Part shown: one piece after another, positions 55,993-64,000 of the stretch
How the letters are laid out: each line of letters starts with the position of its first letter
How positions within the stretch are numbered: position 1 is the first letter of the stretch
Made by a program: the position numbers and the translations under genes
The notes under the pieces: generated by a model
The model's database searches: none
What the model was told of the DNA's origin: nothing
The model's input: the letters and a program-made list of their open reading frames with translations, nothing else
Assembly: GCA_041752275.1 (NCBI GenBank)
Contig: JBGSHK010000009.1
Location: 19,156-83,155 of the forward strand
Reading direction: 5' to 3'
DNA: 64,000 bases
Source of the DNA: Minisyncoccia bacterium
GTDB taxonomy: Bacteria > Patescibacteriota > Minisyncoccia > Phycocordibacterales > CAIZLB01

Positions 55993-56409
55993 TTAGATTC
56001 TTCTTGGTTTTTTAGGTTTTGGACCATTGTGTGGTACAGGAGTTCTATCTTTTATAGTATCTATAGCTATACCTTTTGATATAAAAGATCTTACAACTGA
56101 TTCACGACCAGATCCTGTACCTTTTATAACAACGCCAACTTCTTTAACACCCATAAGTATAGCTTTATCTGCTAAAACTTCACCTATCTTAGCAGCGGCA
56201 AAAGGAGTACCTTTTTTAGCACCACTAAAACCTAGAGATCCTGACGAAGAAGATGCTACAGGATTTCCTTTTTCATCTGTCAAAACAACTTTTGTGTTGT
56301 TATAAGTAGACTGTATATTTAAAACAGCATAAGCCATTTTTCTTTTACTTAATTTATTTGCAGATGATTTCGCATCTTTAGCTGTTTTTTTAATTATTGT
56401 TTTTGCCAT
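55993..56409 (-). CDS. rpsK: 30S ribosomal protein S11
   Basis: STYNNT, GFSGAKKGTPFAA, TPVPHNG. Confidence 0.97.
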   Translation of the reverse strand: MAKTIIKKTAKDAKSSANKLSKRKMAYAVLNIQSTYNNTKVVLTDEKGNPVASSSSGSLGFSGAKKGTPFAAAKIGEVLADKAILMGVKEVGVVIKGTGSGRESVVRSFISKGIAIDTIKDRTPVPHNGPKPKKPRRI

Positions 56410-56458
56410 AATAATGAATGTTGGATTAGATATTAGATTTGGGTTAATTTAATGTATT

Positions 56459-56836
56459 TTATTTCTTTGTCTCTTTTTTCTTACCAGATCCCATAGTTTT
56501 TTTAACACCCTTAAGAGTACGTGCATTTGTTTTTGTTCTTTGACCACGAACAGGAAGTCTTTTTGCATGTCTTACCCCTCTGTATGATTTTATATCTTTC
56601 AATCTTTTTATATTTGTCCCTATCTCTCTTTTTAAATCAGCTTCAAGTTTAAAAGACTCTATTTCTGTACGAATCATATTTTCCTCTTCAACAGATAAAT
56701 CTTTAGGTTTCTTTCCATATTCTATATTAACCTTGTCTAATATAGTGTGCGCTCTTGAGCGACCTATTCCAAAAACAGCCGTTAGAGCCATTTCTATTCT
56801 TTGATTATCTTTAAGATTTATACCTAATATACGCAT
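56459..56836 (-). CDS. rpsM: 30S ribosomal protein S13
   Basis: ALTAVFGIG, YRGVRH, LPVRGQRTKTNART. Confidence 0.97.
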   Translation of the reverse strand: MRILGINLKDNQRIEMALTAVFGIGRSRAHTILDKVNIEYGKKPKDLSVEEENMIRTEIESFKLEADLKREIGTNIKRLKDIKSYRGVRHAKRLPVRGQRTKTNARTLKGVKKTMGSGKKKETKK

Positions 56837-56918
56837 GTATTTTTTTTAAAATTTTAATATTTTCCTTCTTTAATAAATAGTAACAAAAGCATAGCACAAA
56901 TAATATTTGTAATCAAGT

Positions 56919-57971
56919 TTATTTTTCAATAATTACATGATATTTACCTGAGGTATCTTTTTTGAAAACAGCAGAGTTTTGAAGATTTACTAAAATAGTG
57001 TTTTCTTTAACATATCTTTCCTTCATAACCTTATCAAATATCTCTTCTCTAGTCATTGGTCCATGCTTATTTATAACTTTAACTATAACATCTTTAACAA
57101 CACCTGAAACATAACCCCATTCAGATAATGCATATAGACCCCTACCCACTAAAACAAATCTATCATCTTTTATTAACTCATTGTGAGTTGTGGCCTCATG
57201 AGCTCTTTTGCCAAATACATTTTGTATAAGCTTAGCTATTTCTTTAAAGTGAACAGGAGAGCCGTGTTTTCTCATGGCCAGATATGCATAATCACGTATA
57301 CCCTTAACTTTAACATTTGTTGAAACAGTTTTACCCCATTCGCCTAAAGGGTTTTTATCTATATTTTTTGATATACGTAACCATCTTTTTGATATTTCTT
57401 CATCTTTTAATTCTTCTGAAATATCTTTTATGCTGTCCATAAAAGATTTAATCATTTCTGTTTCAGGTATCAAAGAATCGTCATCTAGATTTGTATATAG
57501 TTTTTTAAGAGCATCATGTATTTTATTGGATAAATCAGAATCAACATGCCATCTGTGATGAAATTCATCATTTTCTTTTTCTTTTTTAAACTGGTCTCCT
57601 ATTATCAATAAAAAATGATAATGATTTTGAGTAGATTCATCTTTTGATAAATTATTCAATAAATCATGCTCAGCTATTATACCTCCTATTTTTTTTACAT
57701 ATAAAGCAAGTTCTTCAAAAACCTTAGTCTCTTCTCTGAAAACTTGAGATTTTCTAATTGTAATTATAGAGTTAGCTTCTATTTGTCTTACTCTTTCACG
57801 TGTTATATTGTAATTTTCACCTATAGCTTCAAGTGTCATTTTTTCAATACTTTTATCCAAACCAAAACGATGAGATATTATAACTCTTGATCTTTCAGGT
57901 ATTGATGATAATAGTTTTTTAGTTACATTTTTTACTTTAAATGAAAATGTAGGTGTTGTGGTATTTGCCAT
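56919..57971 (-). CDS. Sigma-70 region-4-like HTH plus HARE-HTH (RNAP delta-like) DNA-binding protein
   Basis: RFGL...TLEAIGENYNITRERVRQIE; HNELIKDDRFVLVGRGLYALSEWGY. Confidence 0.8.
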   Translation of the reverse strand: MANTTTPTFSFKVKNVTKKLLSSIPERSRVIISHRFGLDKSIEKMTLEAIGENYNITRERVRQIEANSIITIRKSQVFREETKVFEELALYVKKIGGIIAEHDLLNNLSKDESTQNHYHFLLIIGDQFKKEKENDEFHHRWHVDSDLSNKIHDALKKLYTNLDDDSLIPETEMIKSFMDSIKDISEELKDEEISKRWLRISKNIDKNPLGEWGKTVSTNVKVKGIRDYAYLAMRKHGSPVHFKEIAKLIQNVFGKRAHEATTHNELIKDDRFVLVGRGLYALSEWGYVSGVVKDVIVKVINKHGPMTREEIFDKVMKERYVKENTILVNLQNSAVFKKDTSGKYHVIIEK

Positions 57972-58155
57972 AATGTTCTTATATTTTTATCATGTTTGTT
58001 GATATAAGTCAAATAATGGTCAAGTGTCTTGTCAAGGACATGTTGTACTTAATGTCTTTTATATTAAAGGACAGGCTATATACAATAAGTGTCTTTTATA
58101 TAATATGAATATTTTTAAATAGATATATTAGTTTATAAAAAACAAAAACAAGGTT

Positions 58156-58278
58156 TTATCCTTGTTTTGCGTTTCTTTTGCGATTAGCTTTGTTTACACG
58201 GTATAGATGCTTGCCCCGGCGAACAAGAAACTCACCTTGACGAAGGTCTGCTTTTTTAAGTGAAGATAATAATTTCAT
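58156..58278 (-). CDS. rpmJ: 50S ribosomal protein L36, Zn-free (type B) form; missed by the ORF track
   Basis: Hand translation MKLLSSLKKADLRQGEFLVRRGKHLYRVNKANRKRNAKQG; L36 pattern MK..S.K...VRR....Y..NK......QG. Confidence 0.85.
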   Translation of the reverse strand: MKLLSSLKKADLRQGEFLVRRGKHLYRVNKANRKRNAKQG

Positions 58279-58341
58279 AATTCATACAATATAACACTAA
58301 TCAAATATTATTTCAAGTTATCTGTATAATATGGAATAAAA

Positions 58342-58824
58342 TTATCTAGTCACTATGATCTCTTGATCTGTATCAACTTCACTTCTAGCAACTACACTTA
58401 GCCTTCCATCTTCAGCAACTCTTAACTGATAACCTGTATCATAGTCATCTTCATTAACGTATTTAGCTGTTTCAGACTTTGGATCATAAGGTAGTTTTGG
58501 TAAATAGTCAGGAACTAAACATTCAGCTATATCAAAACTACTACCCTCTTCACCTGTTCTTATGGTAAGTGCTGACGCAGTTAGATTTCTTATTGAACCG
58601 TTACAAAAAAATTTACCCTCATGATCTGCTATGTTTTGACCTATTGCGTTTAACAATGTATTAACATTTGCAATTCTTTGAGAGTCTCTTGCTTGTTTAA
58701 ACTGACGACTAGGATTTACAGCTACCAATACAACAGTTGCCAAAATACCTATAATACCTATAACAACAAGTATTTCTATAAGTGTAAATCCTTTTTGATT
58801 TTTTATTTGATTTTGATTTTTCAT
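58342..58824 (-). CDS. Type IV pilin/pseudopilin
   Basis: QKG-FTLIEILVVIGIIGILA prepilin motif, ARDSQR, Cys pair, YLPKLPYDP. Confidence 0.92.
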   Translation of the reverse strand: MKNQNQIKNQKGFTLIEILVVIGIIGILATVVLVAVNPSRQFKQARDSQRIANVNTLLNAIGQNIADHEGKFFCNGSIRNLTASALTIRTGEEGSSFDIAECLVPDYLPKLPYDPKSETAKYVNEDDYDTGYQLRVAEDGRLSVVARSEVDTDQEIIVTR

Positions 58825-58879
58825 ATGTTTTTTTATTTATATAATTAATTGATAATATAATTATGGTAAAACATCTGAT

Positions 58880-59296
58880 TTAAATTAAATTGAAAGATTT
58901 AATAAATTTAACAAATCCTTTTTCAAATATATATTCATAGGCAAAATCATCTATTATAAAGAAAATACCCTTAATGCTCTCATTTTCAAAATACAGCCGT
59001 ATGGAATAAACTTTACACAAATAATTGTCTTTATAGTATAGATTTCGATAGAAAATATACTCATTATTAATAAAATTTATATTATATTTAGCTTGAATAA
59101 TATTATTTATAAAAGCATCGGCACATAATATGTTCTCATTTAGAATTAATCTATTTTCGATAAAATCATTTTTTATATTTATATATTCAAAAACCCTTTC
59201 GGAACTTAAAGAAATCCAAGTTAAAAAAGTTAATGATATTCCTAATATAAAAAATAATGATATAAATCCGTTTTTTAGGTTGTTTTTATTTTTCAT
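58880..59296 (-). CDS. Hypothetical minor pilin-like protein
   Basis: KNG-FISLFFILGI class III signal-like N terminus without E5. Confidence 0.55.
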   Translation of the reverse strand: MKNKNNLKNGFISLFFILGISLTFLTWISLSSERVFEYINIKNDFIENRLILNENILCADAFINNIIQAKYNINFINNEYIFYRNLYYKDNYLCKVYSIRLYFENESIKGIFFIIDDFAYEYIFEKGFVKFIKSFNLI

Positions 59297-59453
59297 AAAA
59301 AAATACTAGCAAAATGTATATTAAATTTTTATAAAGAAACAATAAATAAAATGTTATTATTTATATTAAACAATAACTATGTATTTTTATAAATATAAAT
59401 AAAATATAAAAGTATTGCTTTAACTTACAAATAGTAGTATATTACTATGTATT

Positions 59454-59526
59454 GGGCCCGTAGCTTAGTTGGTAGAGCGCCTCATTTGCACTGAGGAGGT
59501 CAGGAGTTCGAATCCCCTCGGGTCCA
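59454..59526 (+). tRNA. tRNA-Ala(TGC), CCA not encoded
   Basis: G3:U70 acceptor pair, anticodon loop TTTGCAC, GTTCGAATC. Confidence 0.95.
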
Positions 59527-59553
59527 CAAGCTTATTATGATTTGAGTTTATAA

Positions 59554-59629
59554 CCGCCTATAGCTCAGTTGGTAGAGCAGTCGCCTCTTAAGCGAACGGT
59601 CATAGGTTCAAATCCTATTAGGCGGACCA
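59554..59629 (+). tRNA. tRNA-Lys(CTT)
   Basis: CCGCCTA/TAGGCGG stem, loop CTCTTAA, encoded CCA. Confidence 0.94.
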
Positions 59630-59641
59630 GTTATGAAAATT

Positions 59642-59723
59642 GGGCAAGTGGCGGAATTGGTATACGCGCTAGTCTTAGGAACTAGTTCTTCACGGATTGA
59701 GGGTTCGAGTCCCTCCTTGCCCA
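59642..59723 (+). tRNA. tRNA-Leu(TAG), CCA not encoded
   Basis: GGGCAAG/CTTGCCC stem, loop CTTAGGA, long variable arm. Confidence 0.94.
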
Positions 59724-59727
59724 CCGT

Positions 59728-59758
59728 AAAAAATACAGAGTTTATCTCTGTATTTTTT
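59728..59758 (+). terminator. Terminator after the tRNA cluster
   Basis: AAAAATACAGAG/CTCTGTATTTTT inverted repeat. Confidence 0.7.
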
Positions 59759-59761
59759 GTT

Positions 59762-59914
59762 GGGCAAGAGAAACTGCCAGACGGCAGTTTCGTGATGGAC
59801 CCGAAAGGGTTCTCCTATATTTTTGAACAGCTATAAGCTGTGAGAAAATAGGAAACCCCTACTGGTCCTGTAAGGACCGAGTCTATATATAAAACCCTTA
59901 TTTCTCTTCTGCCC
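59762..59914 (+). ncRNA. Candidate multibranch structured element downstream of tRNA-Leu
   Basis: Closing stem GGGCAAGAGAAA/TTTCTCTT(C)TGCCC; four hairpins, two with GNRA loops (GAAA, GTAA). Confidence 0.55.
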
Positions 59915-60027
59915 TACCCCTTGCTTTTTTACATAAAACATGATACAATATATAAGTAAATACCCTTTTTCAAAGCAGAAATAGGGATGAAATTTAAATA
60001 CAAAAAAAACAATAAAAAAAAGAAAAT

Positions 60028-61071
60028 ATGAGTGCAGATCCAGATGTTTTAAGAGAAATGTATAAGGCAGATATGATAAGAGGAGAATTCTATAAATGGC
60101 TATTATTCCTCTTGTATCACACAGTGGTTTATGGAGGAATATGGTTATTAACCATAACATTCATAAGCCCAGCCTTTACAACGGAGTGGATTATCGGATT
60201 AAATTGGTTAAGTATCGGATTAAATTGGCTACGTAATACAATCATAGTCATAGCTCAAGTGACACTCTTAGGAGTTTTTACTCATTCAATCTTGTCATGT
60301 TTTTCAGCGAAAAAACTTACCAAGACACAAATGGGTCAATGGTCTTTATCTGAATGGATGCCGACATGGGGCAGAAATCAGAAGAACTCATGGTATGGTC
60401 TTTTCTTAGGACTACCTGATTGGCTAGTAAAAGTACAAGCCATTGAATCTGTATCAACAGTCATCACCGACAAAAAAGAGATACAGGTGGAGGAAGCTGG
60501 AAACACAGATGGGCGTAAGTTTGCTGCTGTTTTTGAGTTTTCTTTTCAATACAATGTGATGGATACCTTAGAACACATAAGGAGACCCAATTCAGACAAG
60601 GACTTAGTAAACCTAGTTATCACTTATTTGACAGAATGGTTAAATGACAGCAATCACAATTATGAAAACATTCTAAGACTGAAAGCTAAAAAAGTGGAAA
60701 TTCAAGAATGGATTATTGACCAGCTTTTAGTTTCAATTTCTATGTTTGGTGATGAAATCATTAATTTCAGAATTATTGACATTGAGGTCCCTCAAATTCA
60801 AATTGATCAACAAAACAGAGACGCAGCTGCATTGGCTGCTCAAAAAGCTGTGGATGAGAGGGAGAGACTAAATATTGAAAATCAAGTCAAAAAAATGTTA
60901 GATTTTGGTAAAAACAGAAAAGAAATAATGGCAGAACTTAGTATAGACGAAGCTGCTTTCAACAATATTTTTGAACAAATTGAGAGAGTAGAAGGTAGAA
61001 CTAGATCAAATTTGAACAGGAACGAAGGAAGAGGTCGTCCACCTTTATTTGGTGGAGGTGGCCCAGACTAG
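60028..61071 (+). CDS. Membrane protein with divergent SPFH/band-7-like domain
   Basis: N-terminal TMs, FSFQYNVMD, FGDEIINFRIIDIEVP, then an Ala/Gln-rich helix. Confidence 0.6.
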   Translation: MSADPDVLREMYKADMIRGEFYKWLLFLLYHTVVYGGIWLLTITFISPAFTTEWIIGLNWLSIGLNWLRNTIIVIAQVTLLGVFTHSILSCFSAKKLTKTQMGQWSLSEWMPTWGRNQKNSWYGLFLGLPDWLVKVQAIESVSTVITDKKEIQVEEAGNTDGRKFAAVFEFSFQYNVMDTLEHIRRPNSDKDLVNLVITYLTEWLNDSNHNYENILRLKAKKVEIQEWIIDQLLVSISMFGDEIINFRIIDIEVPQIQIDQQNRDAAALAAQKAVDERERLNIENQVKKMLDFGKNRKEIMAELSIDEAAFNNIFEQIERVEGRTRSNLNRNEGRGRPPLFGGGGPD

Positions 61072-61091
61072 TTTTTTAAACCTTTAACAAC

Positions 61092-61127
61092 CCACAGACT
61101 CGTTCAATCCGAGCCTGTGGTTTTTTT
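61092..61127 (+). terminator. Intrinsic terminator
   Basis: CCACAGACTCG/CGAGCCTGTGG stem plus T7. Confidence 0.7.
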
Positions 61128-61190
61128 ATTTAAGGTATTGACATATAGCTATATATTATGCTATAATATGTAAGTCAAACATTTAAATAT

Positions 61191-61673
61191 ATGATAAAAA
61201 CACTTGTTATTGTAGCTGTGTCCGTAATTGGTTTATTTGTGTTTGGAGCTAAGCAATGCTCATCAGACTCAAATAATCAAAAGAAAACCATAGTGGTTAA
61301 AGAAATTCAAACCCCTGCTCCACAACCAAATCCCGGTTGGAAAAAAATAGGTATTGAAAATGGATACACTATGTATGAACCTTCAAACCAAGACTTTACT
61401 ACCGAATGGTTTTGCGTTCAGGACTGGAATTCTACTTATGCTATAAGAGATTGCATTATGCAATTCAAAAAGCAAAACGGAGATATTGTCTCTTTTAAGT
61501 ATAATTGCGATACACGTGAATGTTTTTTGGAGACATCACTAGGATCTGGCATATTCGCAACGGAACCATGGACTGGCTATAATGAAACAGGTTTAATATC
61601 AACCCATGTTCGCTTTATAAAAACAACAGATCCATTCAATGTCACAGTTGGAGTCAAAAAACTCTCACCATAA
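61191..61673 (+). CDS. Hypothetical secreted or anchored protein
   Basis: N-terminal hydrophobic segment, Cys-containing ectodomain, own TTGACA/TATAAT promoter. Confidence 0.65.
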   Translation: MIKTLVIVAVSVIGLFVFGAKQCSSDSNNQKKTIVVKEIQTPAPQPNPGWKKIGIENGYTMYEPSNQDFTTEWFCVQDWNSTYAIRDCIMQFKKQNGDIVSFKYNCDTRECFLETSLGSGIFATEPWTGYNETGLISTHVRFIKTTDPFNVTVGVKKLSP

Positions 61674-61719
61674 CAAATCAAATCGCCGCCATCTCTACCC
61701 AGAGCTTGGCGGTATTTTT

Positions 61720-62013
61720 CTACTCTATATTTAAAACTCTGTTAACATTGTCTCTACTTCTTTCACTCACAGGAACTGTATTTAATATAAATCTAAAAAA
61801 ACCAAAAACAGACACCATAACAAACATACCAAAAAGTCCCCAACCCATATGAAGTCTTCCCTCTTTCATCTTTGCCGGATCAGACTTTGATTTCCATATA
61901 TATTCAAAAACACCGTACATAAAATACAGTAAAGCTACTCCAAAAAGTAATGCTATTATTGGATTTATTATGATTTCATTTATTTTAGATAAAATACTAT
62001 AGGCTTTTTGCAT
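61720..62013 (-). CDS. VirB2/TrbC-like (CPR) pilin
   Basis: Two TMs joined by KMKEGR..MGWGLFGMFVMVSV. Confidence 0.75.
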   Translation of the reverse strand: MQKAYSILSKINEIIINPIIALLFGVALLYFMYGVFEYIWKSKSDPAKMKEGRLHMGWGLFGMFVMVSVFGFFRFILNTVPVSERSRDNVNRVLNIE

Positions 62014-62114
62014 AAACTAATTATATAATGAATTTCAACTCGAAGCAAAAAATAGTTAATAAAAAACTAAGGCCGAAAACCTTAGTTTTTTAATTTTACA
62101 AAATATGATGTGTA

Positions 62115-62507
62115 CTATCTTGCATTAGGAGTTGCAAAAGGAGCGTTTTGAACAGGCACAGCAGGTGCTGCAGGAATATTATCATTGTCTAGATTAAAAG
62201 TTCCTCTTAAAACGTTTACAAGTCCCCAAACAGATACCATAACAAAAAGCGCAACTATACCCCACAATATATAGTTTCCAGCTTCTTTTTTATCAGCAGC
62301 ATCACCTCCCCAGAAAAATCTTCTTACTATACCAAACAAAAACAAAACTAGAGCTGCAAGTATAAGTAGAGGTAAAGCTCTTCCTGATATATATATAAGC
62401 CAGTTAAGTATGCCGTCTATACTTCTTGCAGCGTTGTTAGCAGGGGCGTTGTTAGCAAACAAAACCATAGGTGATATTAGTATTAATAATGATAGTATTT
62501 TTTTCAT
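62115..62507 (-). CDS. VirB2/TrbC-like (CPR) pilin
   Basis: Signal peptide, LVLFLFGI...ILWGIVALFVMVSVWGLVN. Confidence 0.78.
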   Translation of the reverse strand: MKKILSLLILISPMVLFANNAPANNAARSIDGILNWLIYISGRALPLLILAALVLFLFGIVRRFFWGGDAADKKEAGNYILWGIVALFVMVSVWGLVNVLRGTFNLDNDNIPAAPAVPVQNAPFATPNAR

Positions 62508-62557
62508 TTTATTTAAATTATTTTATTTTTTTAATTTTTAATTATGTACTTATTATA

Positions 62558-63073
62558 CTACTTAAACTGAGGTATAATCAAGGGTCCATTACCAAATAAA
62601 GAAACTTTTAATATATTTACCAGTCCCCAAACTGATACCATAACAAACAAAGATACTATACCCCAGAACATAAACTTGCGAGCTTGTTCACGAGACTCTG
62701 GTTTTAAACCATCAACAAATGCAAGTTTAAATATTCCATATAAAAATACAACTAAAGATGCACCTAGTATTAGATATATAAGTTGATTCATAATACCTGC
62801 AAGCCAAGCAACTAAACCCGCAAGAGAAACTTTTGGTACACTACTGTTAGATGATGAAAATGGAGATGATCTGTTTAACTCAGATCCGGAAACACTGTTT
62901 TGACTACCTAAACCTGTACTTATAGCACCATCACCAGATCCAGGCATTATATTACCAGGATTTGTACCACTTTGATTTATATTACCAGGATTTGTCCCTC
63001 TAGGACTAATAGGATCAGCGGCAAAAGTAATTACACTTATCAACAGCAAGGTTATTACAAATATTTTTTTCAT
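62558..63073 (-). CDS. VirB2/TrbC-like (CPR) pilin with Ser/Gly/Asn-rich N-terminal extension
   Basis: GTNPGNI x2; MFWGIVSLFVMVSVWGLVN. Confidence 0.78.
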   Translation of the reverse strand: MKKIFVITLLLISVITFAADPISPRGTNPGNINQSGTNPGNIMPGSGDGAISTGLGSQNSVSGSELNRSSPFSSSNSSVPKVSLAGLVAWLAGIMNQLIYLILGASLVVFLYGIFKLAFVDGLKPESREQARKFMFWGIVSLFVMVSVWGLVNILKVSLFGNGPLIIPQFK

Positions 63074-63103
63074 ATTATTTTGATTTAAATTATTATTTAT
63101 ATA

Positions 63104-63451
63104 TTATTGTCCTTTAAAAACTTCTTTAACTGTGTCCCCTATACCTAAAGCCAAAACCTCAGCAGTAAGTATAAGTGCAGCACCTACCAAGCCCCACAGT
63201 AGTGCATTTCTAGCATCCCCTATTTTTTTCGGATCACCTTTGGCTGTAACAAACATAAAACCTGCATATATAAGATAAAGTGTTGTTATCATTATAACTA
63301 TGGTTTGTGCTATATCTAAAACATTCATAAAAACTGTTCTCAGGTCGGTACCTTCACCAAGAGGTGGTTTTATTGGTGCACTTACTGCATATATTGCAAC
63401 ACTTTTAAGTGAAGTTATTAAAGTTGCGATTATTATTGCTATTTTTTTCAT
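63104..63451 (-). CDS. VirB2/TrbC-like (CPR) pilin
   Basis: IYAGFMFVTAKGDPKKIGDARNALLWGLVG. Confidence 0.82.
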   Translation of the reverse strand: MKKIAIIIATLITSLKSVAIYAVSAPIKPPLGEGTDLRTVFMNVLDIAQTIVIMITTLYLIYAGFMFVTAKGDPKKIGDARNALLWGLVGAALILTAEVLALGIGDTVKEVFKGQ

Positions 63452-63476
63452 TTTTTTATTATTTTATATATTTATT

Positions 63477-63800
63477 CTATATAATAGTATCTCTTCTAAA
63501 TTCTTCAGAAACACCTAAGCTGTCTAACATAAACTCAACTATATAATAAGCTCCAACAAGTAATATCATACCTATAACTATGCCTATAAATATTTTTCTA
63601 ACTTGTGTTCTTGCATCAGCTGAACCTTGTTTAGTTACAAGTATATAGCCAGCATAAAAAATCATCAGAGTTGCAATAAAAAATCCTAGGAGAATCATGT
63701 TTTGAAGCAACTCGGTTATTATAGGATTTAAATCTGACCAACCACATCCTCCACCTAATTTGTCTTCAAAACATTTTGATAAACTTGAAAATAATTCCAT
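63477..63800 (-). CDS. VirB2/TrbC-like (CPR) pilin
   Basis: CGWSDL, IFYAGYILVT.QG....TQVRKIFIGIVIG. Confidence 0.78.
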   Translation of the reverse strand: MELFSSLSKCFEDKLGGGCGWSDLNPIITELLQNMILLGFFIATLMIFYAGYILVTKQGSADARTQVRKIFIGIVIGMILLVGAYYIVEFMLDSLGVSEEFRRDTII

Positions 63801-63817
63801 ATGTTTATAATATCATA

Positions 63818-64000
63818 TTATCTTATTAAATATAATTTATCTAATCTTTCGGATGCATCACTTATTGCATCAGAAAGATTTTGAGTACCATTTACTATAG
63901 AATTTACCATGTTTGAAAATATAATATCAGTAGAAGCAAAATCTGGATCTAACCATGTTTTTGCATATATAGCTGAATTGTTTATAACAGCCGCGTCAGC
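63818..64000 (-). CDS. C-terminal fragment of a probable extracellular solute-binding protein (runs off the window)
   Basis: Hand translation ...SAIYAKTWLDPDFASTDIIFSNMVNSIVNG...LIR*. Confidence 0.55.
   Translation of the reverse strand, partial: ADAAVINNSAIYAKTWLDPDFASTDIIFSNMVNSIVNGTQNLSDAISDASERLDKLYLIR

Noticed and set aside
59633-60160. ORFs 59633..59836 (+) and 59831..60160 (-)
   Set aside because: They overlap tRNA-Leu, the structured element and the next gene; treated as spurious
60192-60231. 21-nt-period tandem duplication (IGLNWL x2) in the SPFH-like gene
   Set aside because: Real but only two in-frame copies; ordinary slippage
1495-63518. Remaining 60-130 aa ORFs nested in or antisense to confident genes
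   Set aside because: Shadow frames with no motifs or independent signals
1-64000. CRISPR array, cas genes, integrase, transposase, reverse transcriptase, rRNA
   Set aside because: No regularly spaced repeats or diagnostic motifs seen by eye
1-64000. Alternative genetic code (UGA=Gly as in Gracilibacteria/Absconditabacteria)
   Set aside because: Core genes are full length under code 11 without in-frame TGA

Overview
AT-rich chromosomal segment, most likely from a Patescibacteria (CPR, Parcubacteria-like) genome using genetic code 11. The taxonomy is inferred from gene content: an array of VirB2/TrbC-like pilins, a sigma-HTH/HARE-HTH gene, tandem-domain ThyX, a short AlaRS and almost no biosynthetic genes. 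The backbone is housekeeping: ychF, cysS, dnaB, recR, rplU, dnaJ, infA, proS, alaS, pepF, xth, thyX, serS, dprA, topA, parB, asnB, dnaK-grpE, rpsM-rpsK-rpsD-rpoA-rplQ-rplM-rpsI, an uncalled Zn-free rpmJ and four tRNAs. Best leads: (1) a tRNA-Glu-adjacent defence island with an intact LexA fused in frame to a C5 DNA methyltransferase, a convergent Bsp6I-like endonuclease, a TTCGG-N6-TTCGG operator candidate and a HEPN-motif protein; (2) two ~600-bp direct-repeat modules flanking dnaK-grpE, each an orphan PemK/MazF-like gene faced by a conserved convergent promoter and small hairpin RNA, with a similar layout at a third putative RNase gene; (3) a Fur/Zur-box-controlled, uncalled 32-aa Cys-rich peptide ahead of a terminator, a CooC-like ATPase and a ZIP transporter; (4) a ~334-nt multi-helix noncoding element and several ORF-less promoter-to-terminator units; (5) pervasive leaderless-type gene starts. 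All calls come from reading the sequence by eye; no database searches or folding programs were run.
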